Assembly (NCBI RefSeq): GCF_009914755.1
Contig: NC_060926.1
Source of the DNA: the human T2T-CHM13v2.0 reference genome, Homo sapiens
DNA length: 64,000 nt
Strand: one strand, 5' to 3'
Below, one piece after another: positions 13,540 to 28,871 of the stretch. Every line of letters starts with the position of its first letter. Within the stretch, counting starts at the first letter, position 1. The notes beneath the pieces are model-generated. The model did not search any database. It saw nothing but the letters and a program-made list of their open reading frames with translations, and was not told the DNA's origin. Made by a program: the position numbers and the translations under genes.

Positions 13540-14800
13540 CAGTACTTTTAAATCTGGAAGCTGTAAATATAATCATACGCTAAAGGAAAGACCCAGAAAA
13601 GGGGAACATCTTTATGTTCAAGGGATAATAAATAAGGCAGGATTCCTGAGGAGGGGGTGTGGGATCCAGAATCTAGGACCATCCCATTTAGGTTGAAAGA
13701 AAGAAGGAGGGGAGCAAGGAAGGGAGGTAAGAATGATGCACTCCAGTGCTGGTTAGTTCTAAGAAAGGAAATAGGACTGGAGTTTAGGGTAAGAAACTGA
13801 GTTTCAGCGAGAAGTAATGATGAAGAAAACTTGTATCTTTATGATAATATATATATCTTCCATAGTAAAATAATTTAGAAAGGAAGAGGAAGTGCTCAAC
13901 CGTGTCACTGAGAAAAAAGGTAAGATAAAGCCTGAAGAGAATCCATTAGATTTAGCAATTAGGACATCATCAGTGACTTAGTGGAATGCAGTTTTGCTGG
14001 AGTGGTGAGAGCAGGAGCCAGATGGCAAAATGGAGGAACAGTGAATAGGAGGTTAGGAATTAAAGAGTATAGATTAAAGAAGTAGATTTTAGCTGTTCTT
14101 GACACACACACACACACTACTATATGAGATGATAGGCTAATTTGTTTCACTCTAGTAACAACTTTACCATCTGTATACGTATTCCATAACATCATGGTGT
14201 TAACTTCAAATACACACAACAAAATTTATTTCTGAAAAAAACTTAACTTTGAAGAATGTAAGAGAAATAGGGCAGTGCCCCAGCAGGGGGTCGGGGGTAG
14301 GATGAATGCAAACTTTAAAATATGTAAGCCATGAACATAGTCATGTGCTATAGGAAAGACCCAGAAAAGTGGAAGAGATTGAACATAAAGAAGGGAAGGT
14401 ATAATAAATAAGACAGGATCCTTGAGGAAGGGGCTTGGGATTCAGAACATAAGTGGAGGGCACACCCTCAGAGAGCAGAAGGGACCCCTCATGTGGGAAG
14501 CAGGACAGAATTTAGGACAGGTATAGTTGCAGAGAAGTCTGCTGCCAGGGGGCAGGGAGTATCAGAGTATAAGAAATTGTGAGAATTCTTGCCTGATGGG
14601 CTTTATTTTCTCATTACGTAAGATCATCTACTAAGAATAGTCTCGGAGATGGTGAAGAAGTTGGTGAATATTTGAATAGTTGTGGAAATGATTGATAACT
14701 AACTAGAAGATCTAGGATTGATGGGCAGCAATAAGCCCTCAACTGAGGTTGGAAGCTACAAATTCCTATAGACAAATATCAGCATCCTCACTGTAGATGT
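13540..14800 (-). mobile_element. L2-derived purine-rich block interrupted by an L1MA-like 3' end (~14100-14240)
   Basis: L2-like tccattagatttagcaattaggacatcatcagtgactt...gcagttttgctggagtggtg. L1 tail-like catcatggtgttaacttcaaatacacacaacaaaatttat. Confidence 0.5.
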
Positions 14801-15614
14801 AGATAAGGCAGGCAGTTGAATTGATCCAAGATTGGGATTTTGCCTGGTAAATGTAGACAGGGTGATAATAGCAAGAGAGAGGCTGATGTGTCGACAGATC
14901 CCAGGTTCTGGATTAGCAGGGAAGGATGTAAAGAAAGAGAGAGATCATTGTGGAAAAAAATCTGAAAGTTCAAAGTATCAAGGGTCTAGAGCAGTAATTC
15001 TTAGATGGTGCGGGGGTGGGGGGTGGGGGGTAAAATTAGAATTACCTTGGGCACTTTTTCAAACTGCCCTCATCCTTCCTATACTGGAATTCTGATATGC
15101 TCCCCTGGTAAGTATGCTCTCCTTCCACCACTTTCCAATTGAGAATCACTTCTGCAAACAGCCATTGTCACTATTGACAGCATGGGGATGTGGCCTGAAA
15201 AGGTTGAGGAGCAGGTATTACTACCCCATCTGAAAACTAGTGTCATGTTATTATTAAGAAAGGAGTTTATATGTTTTTTTAAAATTTTATATTGTATTTC
15301 ACTTAGTTAAGTGGAAACATCAGTGAGTTAGAAATCATTTTCAAAATCTTTCTCCTTTGCTAATTTGATTACCTGTGACTTGACTCTTTTTGAATCCTAA
15401 ATTGCAAAGACCTGTAATGACACTAAATAAATGGAGTCATCCCAACCTGAGTACGTTTTCTGTCCAGCCACTTCAAGTTTAATTTTTCTAGAGAATGTTT
15501 CGCAGTGATGATTTTTAAAAATCTGTTGAATGATTTTAATCAAAGAAACAGCATGCAAATATAATCAAGACATAAGCTTTCCTATACAAAGTGACTTTTT
15601 ATTTCATTTTTTGA

Positions 15615-16985
<1,371 letters not shown>

Positions 16986-19900
16986 TAACCTTTGTTCAGA
17001 TATCAATTATTGCTTTTTGTTATCATCACTTTGGATTCTTTGGATTTGAAATTAGGATTCTTCATGACTCATTGAGGTCTCACAAGCTTCTGGAGCATAA
17101 AATGAAGAGGGGATGGTTATAGTCAACAAAATGTCGTATCAACAAGGGGTGAGTTGTAAAGCATTTATAGATCACACTAGGGCTCAGGGTGGCTGTAAGC
17201 CAGGAACCAGATTTCCAGAATTTAGTCAACTCTGCCTTCCCTCTCTACAGTTACCTAGTTCTTCATTTCATACACAGAGGAGGAAGGCAAGTGTCAATGA
17301 CTGGGGAAAAAAATCTGGTAGCCTTTGGAGGTCCAGGAGTGTGGCAGGGGTAAGGACCCCCCAGGCAATGGTTGCGCCAGGGGACGGCATCTCCTCCATG
17401 TGCTTACATGTGGCACACACAGCTGGGAAGGGGGTACAGTCTGGGTGGAGTTGCAGCCATTTCTGGAAGCAGCAGGTAAAGTCTGAGTTCAGAATGATGT
17501 CTCCTTTCAGGAAAAGTTCTGGGCCTTTAAAACATATGGAAATGTTTAACCTCATAGTCTGGTTCTACTTAACACAATTAGATCACATAAATTAAATGAA
17601 AGCTTCTCCATGAAACTACCGTTCAATTTAAAAGAAATTAGTAGGGGTCTTCTGGGCCTTTTTTTTTTTTTTTTTCGGCCTTTACAATAATGGTGGAATT
17701 GGCTCACTAGGCAAGAAATATGCAGAGTGTTTAAAGTAGATAGAAAAATTTATATCTGACCAGGAGGAGATAATTATGCACATTCCCCCATATGATTAAA
17801 AACGTATAATTTTTCATCTTCTTAGGTAATAAAAATTACTCTTACAGGTATATGTTATTCTCGTAAAGAGTGTATTGTATAAAGCAATTTCAACTGTGCT
17901 CAAACTTTCACTGGCACTTAGGTTTAATGACAGGAAACCAAAAGCATTTTTGCCAGCACAATAAAGGGATTGTCTTTCTCCAAATGACTAGGAGGTCCTA
18001 AAACCTTGCTCATAATGCCTAATATATACTTGTCAGGATACACTCTGGCCATAATGTTTGTACATTTGATAAGAAAATGAATTCCATACCCCTATTCACA
18101 AAATATTTTATTCTCTATACTCTCTGAGTTCAGACAAACATTCTTTAGGTTGAAAAACCTAAATATTTTTGACAGTTTATTCAAGAAATAATTAGAAACA
18201 GAAAAAGTGGGCTTTTATGATATAAATGGAACTGCTACAAATACAAGATGTAGACATTGAACTGTTTTACAATGTCTGTGCAAACGAACTAAGTCTTTTT
18301 TATGTGCCATTTTACCAAAAGCTTAACTAAAAAAAAAGATTATGGCCTCCCTTCCCTGGAAGCATTCTCCCTGTCCTAAATGCCTTGTCTAAATATCTTT
18401 TTATGCCCTTAGGAGAATAAAGGCATGTACTTTTAACACATTTCACATTAAACAATGGTCTAGATCTTCTGATTAATCTGTGCTCGAAAACTCCTGAGAC
18501 TGAGGTATTCACTGATGTTAGGGGAGATGTACTTTAAAAAAAAAAAACGAAGAGAAAAATATTTTTCTTCACTTAAATAAGCAAAGTAGTATGTAGTATT
18601 CATTCCACTATAAAGTAATATTTTTAAAATCCAGATTCTTCTTCCTTAATTTTGGCAATAGATGAATTATAATAGGAAACATAAAACTGTTGCTGTAAAT
18701 TCATATATTCCTCCTCTCACTGGCTGACCTTGTCATTTTGGATTCTCAAGTAAAAACCTTTATATCAAGATATACTATATACTAAAAGTATTTTTAGTAA
18801 TTCAGAGAATTTAATTTAAAGCACACATTTAGAGGTGAAAAACTGAAAACATGTAATAAAATATTAATGATAATACATGAAACATTTATCTATCATTTAA
18901 AAAGCAAGGTATAACAGCCTTAGAAGTGCTAAGGACTCAGCATTTTTAAAAACCTGTTCCTTTCAGGACCTACCACACTTTTGCACATAAGTAAACTAAG
19001 TACTACTTCATAAACATTCTTTTTTCCTCTATACAACACAAAACAAGACTTCCTAATACCTTATTTAGTGATGCTCCGTGAGTCAAAGTTCTCATTTTAC
19101 AACACCAGAAAAGGTAAAAATTCAAACAGAGGTCTGTCTGACTTCAAGCCAAGTGTCTGATATATTAATGGCCCTAGTTCAGGAAGAAAAAGTAAAACTA
19201 TGTTCAATATCTGTATAAGACAAAACGTGATGTATTTCAGAGAGATATCTAGTAGAACACTTTTTAAAATTTGTTACTCATTCAGGTGAACCAATTTTGA
19301 TGTAATTTTATTTATGTAGAACTCCTTAATGCCCAAGAATGTTGGATAAAGCCTTACACACTAATAACTGGACTTCTGCTTCTAGAAAGGTAAGCATTGC
19401 CTTAGTTTACCTTCTGTACACTATGGCAATGCCTGACATTTTTAGAAAGTCTAAAGCAGAAAGGCAGAGACTAGGTCCAAATCTGTTTATTATAGTAAAA
19501 CTTTTCTCATTCCTCCTTGCTAATGTGCAATGTGGGATCATTTTCCATAGTGTTTATCTTTGTAGCGTCTAGGAAGAAAAAAATTGCCAAACAATTTTCC
19601 TACATTATCACTTTAAACTTTCTTAGCTTCTCAGCTTTCATACTATTTCTATGTCCACCAAAGAATCCAAGATTCTGTCAGATCCCACCAGATAAAAATC
19701 TACGTTAACACAAGTTTTAGAATAGATTTATTACCCCTGACTCCACCCTACAACATATCATTTATTATTTTCAGTTACAGGCTTTGTTCTCAGCAAGCCA
19801 CTCCAAATTCTTTATGGAAGCAGGCAAAATAGAAAATAAAGATAATTAATTGACAGGATAGAAGATTACTATTTCAAAACAAGCTGGGTGCCTCTCCTAT

Positions 19901-20219
19901 TTTTAGGTTGCGTGAATGGTCTCTGGTCTAAGGAAGTCAATGCTGTGTGATCAGAGCACTGATAATTGCCAAGGGCTGAGACCTCCCCATTGTCAATACA
20001 TTAATATTTTAGCAGACACTGTTGGTCATAATAGTAACTGACTTGGTCAGCTTATGATCTTAGAAAGGCCTTTTTGGTCTTTGGTGGGATAGTAAATGTA
20101 GCAGATTATTGATATGCATTAGTCATGTTCTGTAGTTTCTGAGATGATTTCCTAAAAGGTATGGTTTTTAGACATCGAATACTGTATAAACACAGTCTGC
20201 AGAGAACTAGAAAAAAAGC

Positions 20220-20450
20220 AGGGTGTAGCATAAAGAGGCATGGGTTTTGGGCACTCTGATGTGAGCCTAATCTTAGCTCTGCCAGTTACCTAAGTGGTCA
20301 TAGTAGGTATATTAATCTCCTAGAAGCTGCAGGCTACTCACCCCTTTCAAGTGAGAATATTAATTTCTATTCAAAGAGATGCCTTAAGAATTCAGTGAAA
20401 TACTGTAGATTATTATCTAGCACATCAAAGAGGTTCAGTAAACATTAACC
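20220..20450 (+). mobile_element. MIR
   Basis: tcttagctctgccagttacc...taagaattcagtgaaatact...gttcagtaaacattaac resembles MIR core and tail. Confidence 0.55.
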
Positions 20451-21040
20451 TCCTATCCTCTGCCCTTTATGTTAGACAGTCTTATTAATTTAGATTCCAC
20501 CATTATGGAATTGTGGTAATTTGACCTTAGTTATTGTTTACCTCTGCATTGTCCATGTATAAAGGATTTATTAACCAGGTTGAGAGTAAAGGATTATAAG
20601 GATTACAGTCAATGAATGAAATAGTTCATAACTATGTTTACAGCACATGTACAAATTGGCATATCTGATTATAAGCTAGTGTTAGCTGTTAATTTCAAGC
20701 AGGAGTTCCACTTGAAAGCGTTTTAAAGCACTCAGTTTGTTGAGTGAACTTGAAAGTTCCTCTTTCCTCAATGTTTCTAAAAAAAAACAACTCAGACTTT
20801 CTTCCTCTACCTTCCCACATAACTCTCTTTCACACGTAAAACAATATTAATTAGTGGAGATTTTTAACAGCCTGTGAAAAGTTGGGATGAATTGCCTGTA
20901 TGTATTACTTTCCTAAGATTGAAGCTATGTGACAGCATTGGAGGACATTATGTGCCTTGTATTATACCACTCAGGAAGTGCTATCTCCTTCCTAATGTGT
21001 TTTTTCCCTTGGTTAACAATTTGTAATAAAGTACATTCTG

Positions 21041-21376
<336 letters not shown>

Positions 21377-23720
21377 TTATACTTGTTCTAAATAACTGGT
21401 GCAAGTTTCTTTCTGAACCATGAACCCTTTACTGTTCGTGGCTCAGTGACCAGGAATAAGACCTCAGTGCTGTGCTCCAGTGCATAGCCAGAACCAGACA
21501 GATTCACTTCCAGATCTTGGCGTAATGTTAGGGAATTCTTGGGAAGAAAATGGCTACCTCTGACATTACACCTCTATGCCTTAATTTGCAAACATTTTTA
21601 AGCCTATGCAACAATGGAGGAAATGGTTATCTTTATGTACCTATTTCAATAACTATTTAAATTTAAAGAAAATGCTCTTGTTTTCTAAAATATATTTTAT
21701 AATTGTCATCTGTCATCTTTAATTTTATGTTAACTAGCTTAAAAGGGTTGCCTCTCAAGCAGTAATAATCAAAAACTAAAATTTTTATTTTTTTCTGCAT
21801 AGATCATTTTTACTTTTTGAGCATCCTCCCATTGGTCTTCATATATCATTGCTCTTACATTTAATGTATATTCTGACCCAAGCCAAATTTAAGAAATAAT
21901 TTATTACTAGACTGGCACCAAAAGGTTTCTTTTCAAAGAAATGACTGTTCTTGGACAGATACAGAGACACCTGATTACCAAAAAAAGGTCTACATCTCTG
22001 TTCTACACTACCTGGTTAAATGAAGACATTATTTTCAAAGCATAAGTGGGTAGGGTGTTCCCTCTTCAAAACTGCTCTTTGACTTTTTTCCATACAGTTA
22101 TTTCTGGCAAGTAGAGATAAAAACAGCTCTCTGAATAGTCGTTCAAAACCAACAAAACTTATCTTTATTAAAACTCATAACCAAATCTATTGGGGGGCAA
22201 TACATTTTCTGTATGTCAGTTCAGCATCACACACACATGTGTTTTGACAGCATGGAGCATAACCAGAGACAACTTACCTTGCATTCTGGGGGTGTGTAAC
22301 TTAAGAAGTTGAGCCCCAGGAACTAACTTTGGGAGGTGCGTCCTCCTGTGATGTTCAGACATTTTACTTTGAAGAATGTTCTTTCTGTGTTTATCAGTGT
22401 TAGCTGTTTGTATTCTTTGGTACTATAATTCTCTGTTGAGAATGTTCTTGGTGTATTCACTTTGCCTTATACATTTTCTTAACCGCTGTTGGAAATGAAT
22501 CCTTTTCTCTCTACCATAGCATCCACAATACTTGGGTTGCATTTTGGTTGGTGGTGTGACAGAGGCAATCAATGCCCTGTCAGCACCAGAATCTCCTTGA
22601 AAGGGAGCAAAATAGTTTTTCAAAAGTAATAAGAAAGATAAAATCCAGGCCAATAAAGTCAATTCCTGATCAGAATTTGAAAGATAATAAAAATGAAGAA
22701 CTAGCAAAGACCAAAAATGTGAATATAAAGAAAAAAACTAAGCTGAGTAAAAGAACTGTAAACTTTACTATAGTGAACTGTGAAATATTGTGAACTTTTT
22801 TCCTGAGCCAGATTAAAGAGGACTAGGAGGCCTATCTTCATTCGCATAGGTAACTGAGCCCAACACAGACTACATGAGCTTGTTCATATAATTTCAGATA
22901 GGAAGCAGGAAATAGATTCTCAGGTCTGAGGCAACTACTTGCTTCTGTTACATGAACTTTTAAACATTGTTTCCTTAGAAATTACAAGTTTATCTGAAAC
23001 ATTTAATTCTATCTATGTGTTGTGGATTGATATGCAAATTGTAGTCACATTTAGAATGGATTTACCCCCGTCCTGTAATGTACTTCCCCAGTGCTTAAAA
23101 ACACTGCTATCCAAAGTGAAGAAGAAAGGAAGCACCGAAAAAGGCCTCAGATAATGCCACTAAATTGTGATAAAGAGAATTTGGTTAGTTCATTTGAAAA
23201 AAATTGGGATTCATTTAAAGGAATGATTAGTACTCTGCCATGAGAACTATTGTACTATTGTTGGAAAACAATTAGGTTCATCCTGTCACAGGTGAATCAA
23301 CTTTTTACTCTAAATTATTTATCATTTAATATTAATTCCCAGTCTTTAAAAAATATTGAAATATTGCACTTAAGTTAGCAGAAATTTTTTCAGTTTGAAG
23401 ATGTTATTTTAAAAACATATATATTATTTTTAATATTTACTATTTAATAAATGTTTGATAATGAACCTAATAAATGCCTCATATTTGCTTTCTACTTCAG
23501 AGCTATATTTCCCAGACTTCAGCTAAAGCTGCATATTACATATATTATTATTTACTTAAATTTTTTCTTTAAATTTATCACTTAATTGATTCATTCAATA
23601 AATATTTATTAGGCACAAATGTACTAGGCACTATTCAAGCCACTTTTTAGATTTAAACAACTTAAGTTTTATCCTAGGATATTGTATATGTAAAATCATA
23701 ATATTACTTGTATTTTTCTA

Positions 23721-24172
<452 letters not shown>

Positions 24173-24289
24173 GAATATTTAAAGGTTTGTCCATGTTTTA
24201 CCTAAATAATTTTACATACCACCAGTGGCCCTTTGACTGCTTTGGTGTTCATAAAGCACCTTCATGTTCGTGGTCATTTTAGATCCTTT

Positions 24290-24430
24290 CAGTGACCCAC
24301 AAAGATGTGCAGAATTATCCCCATTTTACAGATGGGAGAACTGAAGCTCAGAGAAGTGGCATCCCAAAGAATACAAATCACAGGTAGTTAAGCCAGGTCG
24401 CAACCCTGGTCTTCTATTCTATATGTAGCA
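24290..24430 (-). mobile_element. MIR
   Basis: attatccccattttacagatgggagaactgaagctcagagaag matches the MIR core. Confidence 0.75.
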
Positions 24431-24719
24431 CTCCTTACATTATGCCATTCCCCAACAACAGGACTTTGTAGAAATGGAATGGGGAAGTAAAGACTGAAAA
24501 GGTGAGCTTGAGGTCAACTCTGTTATAAGATCGATGATGTGGCTAGTGCTCCATTATTCTTTGACGTTTGCACAACAGCTCTGCTTCAGCAATAAGGAGC
24601 ACCAAAGAATTCACACAGAGAGGTGTTATCAAGATTAAAGCCTGCAGAAAATTTTAACATCATCTCCGGTTAACCAGCTCTATTTAAAAGTGATCTAGGA
24701 TCATTGATCCAGGTTCTTC

Positions 24720-24997
24720 GTTTTTGTTTGTTTGGTTTTTGTTTTGTTTTTGAGATGGAGTCTCTCGGCTCACTGCAACCTCCAGCCTCCCATGTTCAAA
24801 CAATTCTCCTGCCTCAGCCTCCTGAGTAGCTGGGATTACAGATGCCTGCCACCATGCCCAGCTATTTTTTGTATTTTTAGTAAAGACAGAGTTTTACCAT
24901 GTTGGCCAGGCTGGTCTGGAACTCCTGACCTCATGATCCACCCGCCTCGACCTCCCAAAGTGCTGGGATTACAGGCGTGAGCCACCATCCCCAGTCA
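24720..24997 (-). mobile_element. AluS-type SINE, antisense, with ~35-nt internal deletion
   Basis: T-rich tail followed by reverse Alu. Perfect 14-bp TSD gatccaggttcttc at 24706-24719 and 24998-25011. Confidence 0.94.
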
Positions 24998-25371
24998 GAT
25001 CCAGGTTCTTCAAATATGTATTATACCTCTCTTTCGAGGGTTGGTTTGGCTCTCTGAAAGGTTATGTCTTCTTTTGTCAGACTTTAAGTTTCTTCTGAGA
25101 TACATGAGGTCCCACTGTGCTGACACCAAATCAAAAACTTAGTTAAATTATCAAATGTGTAATATGGGCCTTCTGAACAAAATAAGCAAATAAGCAACCA
25201 GAGATTCAGCCTTGTTCAGAAAAACTCTTAATCATCTACCACATAGTAATGTCTGGCTTTATGAATATGTTTCTATCCGCACTGAACAAACTATAAAACT
25301 ATTTATGTTGAAGAATTATTATATCCAAACAATTTGAATGAAAGAAGAGTTTTTAATAGTCAAAAAGTATT

Positions 25372-25668
25372 GGTAGGGCACGGTGGCTCATGCCTTTAAT
25401 CCTAGCACTTTTGGAGGCTACGGCAAGCAGATCGCTTGAGCCCAGGAGTTTGAGATCAGCTTGGGCAATATAATGAGAACCCTGTTTCTACAAAAAAATA
25501 AAAAATAAAAAAATTAGCTGGGCATTGTGGCACACAGCTGTGGTCCCAGCTACTAAGGAGACTGAGGTGGGAAGATTACTTGAAGCCCAGGAGGTCGAGG
25601 CTGCAGTGAGCCAAGGTCACGCCACTGCATTCTAGCCTGGCCAACAGAGCAAGACCCTGTTAAAAAAA
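25372..25668 (+). mobile_element. AluJ-type SINE
   Basis: Full dimer with J-like gatcgcttgagcccaggagtttgag and gaggtcgaggctgcagtgag. Confidence 0.92.
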
Positions 25669-28199
25669 ATTAACATTTAACATATGTGTATATTTATACA
25701 TGAATAAGTAAACTATGAATACATATAAATTCCAGGTAGCTTTATGATTCTTAAATGACATGAGTAAAGAGTTACACCATGATGGCCAGTACTATTAGCA
25801 TCATTGCTATCAGCATGAAACTGTGTGGGTAGATGATGAGTAAAGATAAATGATAAAGCCCTCTCCTAAATTCTCACTAAGATAGAGTTAAATAATTCAT
25901 GAAACTCCTGGCTTGTGATCGTACAAGAATACAAGATTATAATTATAGATAAAAGTATTATCTTAAATTAGTTGCTCCTTTAGTGTAAGTTTTATAAAAA
26001 TATTTGTGTGTGTTTAACCTTTTTAATGTTACATTTATGTATTTGATTTCCTGGTCCTTTTTAAAATTTACAAGTTAGCTAAGTAATTTACAAGGGAGTG
26101 TTCATTAAACATGATTTCTATTTAACTAGAAATTGAATTTATTTTGTTGTTCTCTGATACCATTTTGGGCGGGGGTATCTTTAAAGTTTCTTGAATATTT
26201 TTCAAATGTATGAATATTTCCCCAGAAAAAACACACACTCTTCATATATATTTCACAACACAGTAAAGTGCTAAAATCCTGAAACAAACTAAACTTTCTT
26301 CTGAATATGTATGATCTTGTTATAGCAGAAATGCACAGTGATATATATCTTACTTACATTTAGTTTCAGGACTATATTTGCTTTCTTTTTCGAGGTCATT
26401 TAATCCTTTATAAATAATATAGTTCATTATAAGAGTATGTTAGAGGCTTAGAGGCAGATTTAAATGAAGAAACCATGGCAGAGTATTAGTTCAGAAAAAA
26501 TATCCCTGGAAAATTATTCAAGCATAAAAAAATTGAATATAAATTTGGGCAAGTTGTCATCTAAATTTTGTAGAAATATAATTTTAAATAGTTTGACCTA
26601 AATTTTTGAGTGTGCCTGTGTGTGTGTATTTTATATATGTGTGTGTAATTTTATATATATAAATGCTATATATATATAAAATGACTACATTTCAATGTAT
26701 ATTGGAGTTGGTATGGTGGAGAGAAGTTGAGCACTTTGGAGTCAGACCTGAGTTTCAGTTCTGGTCACGTTATTTAAATGCACCGAGTCCCATCTGTAAT
26801 AACATAAAAGTAATACTAGTTTGCAGTAGTATCATATTAAATGATAAAACAGTGCCTTTTACATAATAAATGCACAAGAAATGTTTTTACTGTCCCTTAG
26901 TCCATAATTAATTAAAAATAAAAATTGAAGACTTAAAAAAATAGTTCGACCTAACTTTGTTTTTTAAATTAAGACCAATGGGGTAAGTTTTAATTGCTGT
27001 GTCTTGCTTTGTTTCACTGTGACTCTGATTCTGTGACCTGATCAACCCCTTCTGAGGTCCCTCGCTACACCAGTTTAAGTCTAATAGAAGTTTATGTTAT
27101 ATAGCACAGCTCCTTTCCTGCTGCCAAGAAGCTTATTTAAATATAAGTGGAATCATTTATTGATTACAAAAATGAAATATGCAAAGCATCTTTCATATCC
27201 CCTTCATGTGAGTGAATACAAGATGGAGGCTCATTTCTAACATGAAATATGAAAGTGCTTCCAGGCATCTTTTTTTTTAAACAACACATGGATACATTTA
27301 GCTCACTTTAGCTTTTCCAGTGGTCCCAGTAACCCAATAGGACACTTTTCTTTATGTGAAGTGTTATTGGAACAAAGTTGTCTCTTGTGCTGGCACACAG
27401 TGAGTTGGGTATGTATGAGCTTGTGTGTATAAGACATTTGTTTGGGCAAAATACAAAAACATGAAAAGGAAAACAAACATTTCCATATTTGACTGTTTTT
27501 CTCATTGAATATTAGAAATGCTTGTTTTCAGACTTAATAATGAAAACTTCTTGTTAATCATAACTGTGTTCTAGATTTGAAGGGGTCATAGAGAAGTTAT
27601 TTCTAAAGGACATTCATGAGTCAATGTTGGGGACACAAAGACAAAAGTTGATAATCATTTCCTTGCTTATTAGTGTTTATTTTCTTACCCATGAGGCATT
27701 TTGTTTAACTCTGTATTTTTATGTAACAGTGGATTGGAGGGGAGTAGCAGGGGTTGGAGGAGAAATGGGAGTAAAGTGGCTGGCTTTTGCCCCAACTGAA
27801 TAGCTGAGTTACTTGCCTTGAAACTATGCTTACATACCAAACAACACTATTTTTACTTAGATTGTGTGTGTGTGTGTTTACAGAATAAAAATAGCCATGT
27901 TTTTCTAAAAGTGCTTTTATTCCCAAGTCACATACAAGTTTTCCTAATTATTGTTTTTATTGTGGGGAGGTGGCTTCAAGAACCATGATAGAGATTCTCA
28001 GGAGTGTGCAGCAAAGGTTGCACCCTCCACACACACACATATCCCCCCACCACACTTGGTGGCTGACCTCTGTTGACATAGCTGACCACACACAGACTGG
28101 CAGTGATAAAGCAAGACAAGACAAAGGACACACCCACAAGGCATAGCAACACCCTCTTCTCACGTTTTATGGCCTCTGCAGAGCCAAATGTGTACTAGG

Positions 28200-28400
28200 T
28201 CATGATCATTACTGTATGCTAGGATAAGTGTTCAACAAGACTTGTCACATTTTAATTTTCACAGCAGTTCTAGCAGGAAGGTAGGTATTATTGTCCTCAT
28301 TTTACAGAGGAGACTGAGGCTCAGAAAATGTGTTTTACTCCTACTAGGAAGTGAAAAGTAGGATTCAAACTTTGATCTGTTGGCCCAAGGCCCACCCACT
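28200..28400 (-). mobile_element. MIR
   Basis: ggtaggtattattgtcctcattttacagaggagactgaggctcaga...ggattcaaact. Confidence 0.7.
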
Positions 28401-28748
28401 TCACTAACTACCTCTCTTGTCTTCCCCTGATACTTATATCACAGTAGTCTGATACTACAGATTTGCAGTTGCTAAGAAAGTGAACCAGGATCTCTGATTT
28501 TTATGATTTTGTGAATTGAAGGTTGTTTAAATTCCAGATTTTATTCCCAAAATATTATTTTCAAAATGTTGACAATTTTAAAGCCAAACAGCTTTTCACT
28601 TCCACTGATGCTGCAGCCTGGAGCCACAGAATCAACCTCTAATGATTGAGTGAGGACAGAAGATTTGACAAGGTAGTGAAGGTTAAGGCTCCCCTCCCCG
28701 CCAGTGCAGCACCTGCTTGTACGGCAGGAAAGTAAAAACCGTGTTTAA

Positions 28749-28871
<123 letters not shown>

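Noticed and set aside
14540-14560. CTCF-like motifs (ctgccagggggcag here; weaker ones near 47678 and 56346)
   Set aside because: Partial matches, some within repeats. They cannot be called without motif scoring or ChIP data.
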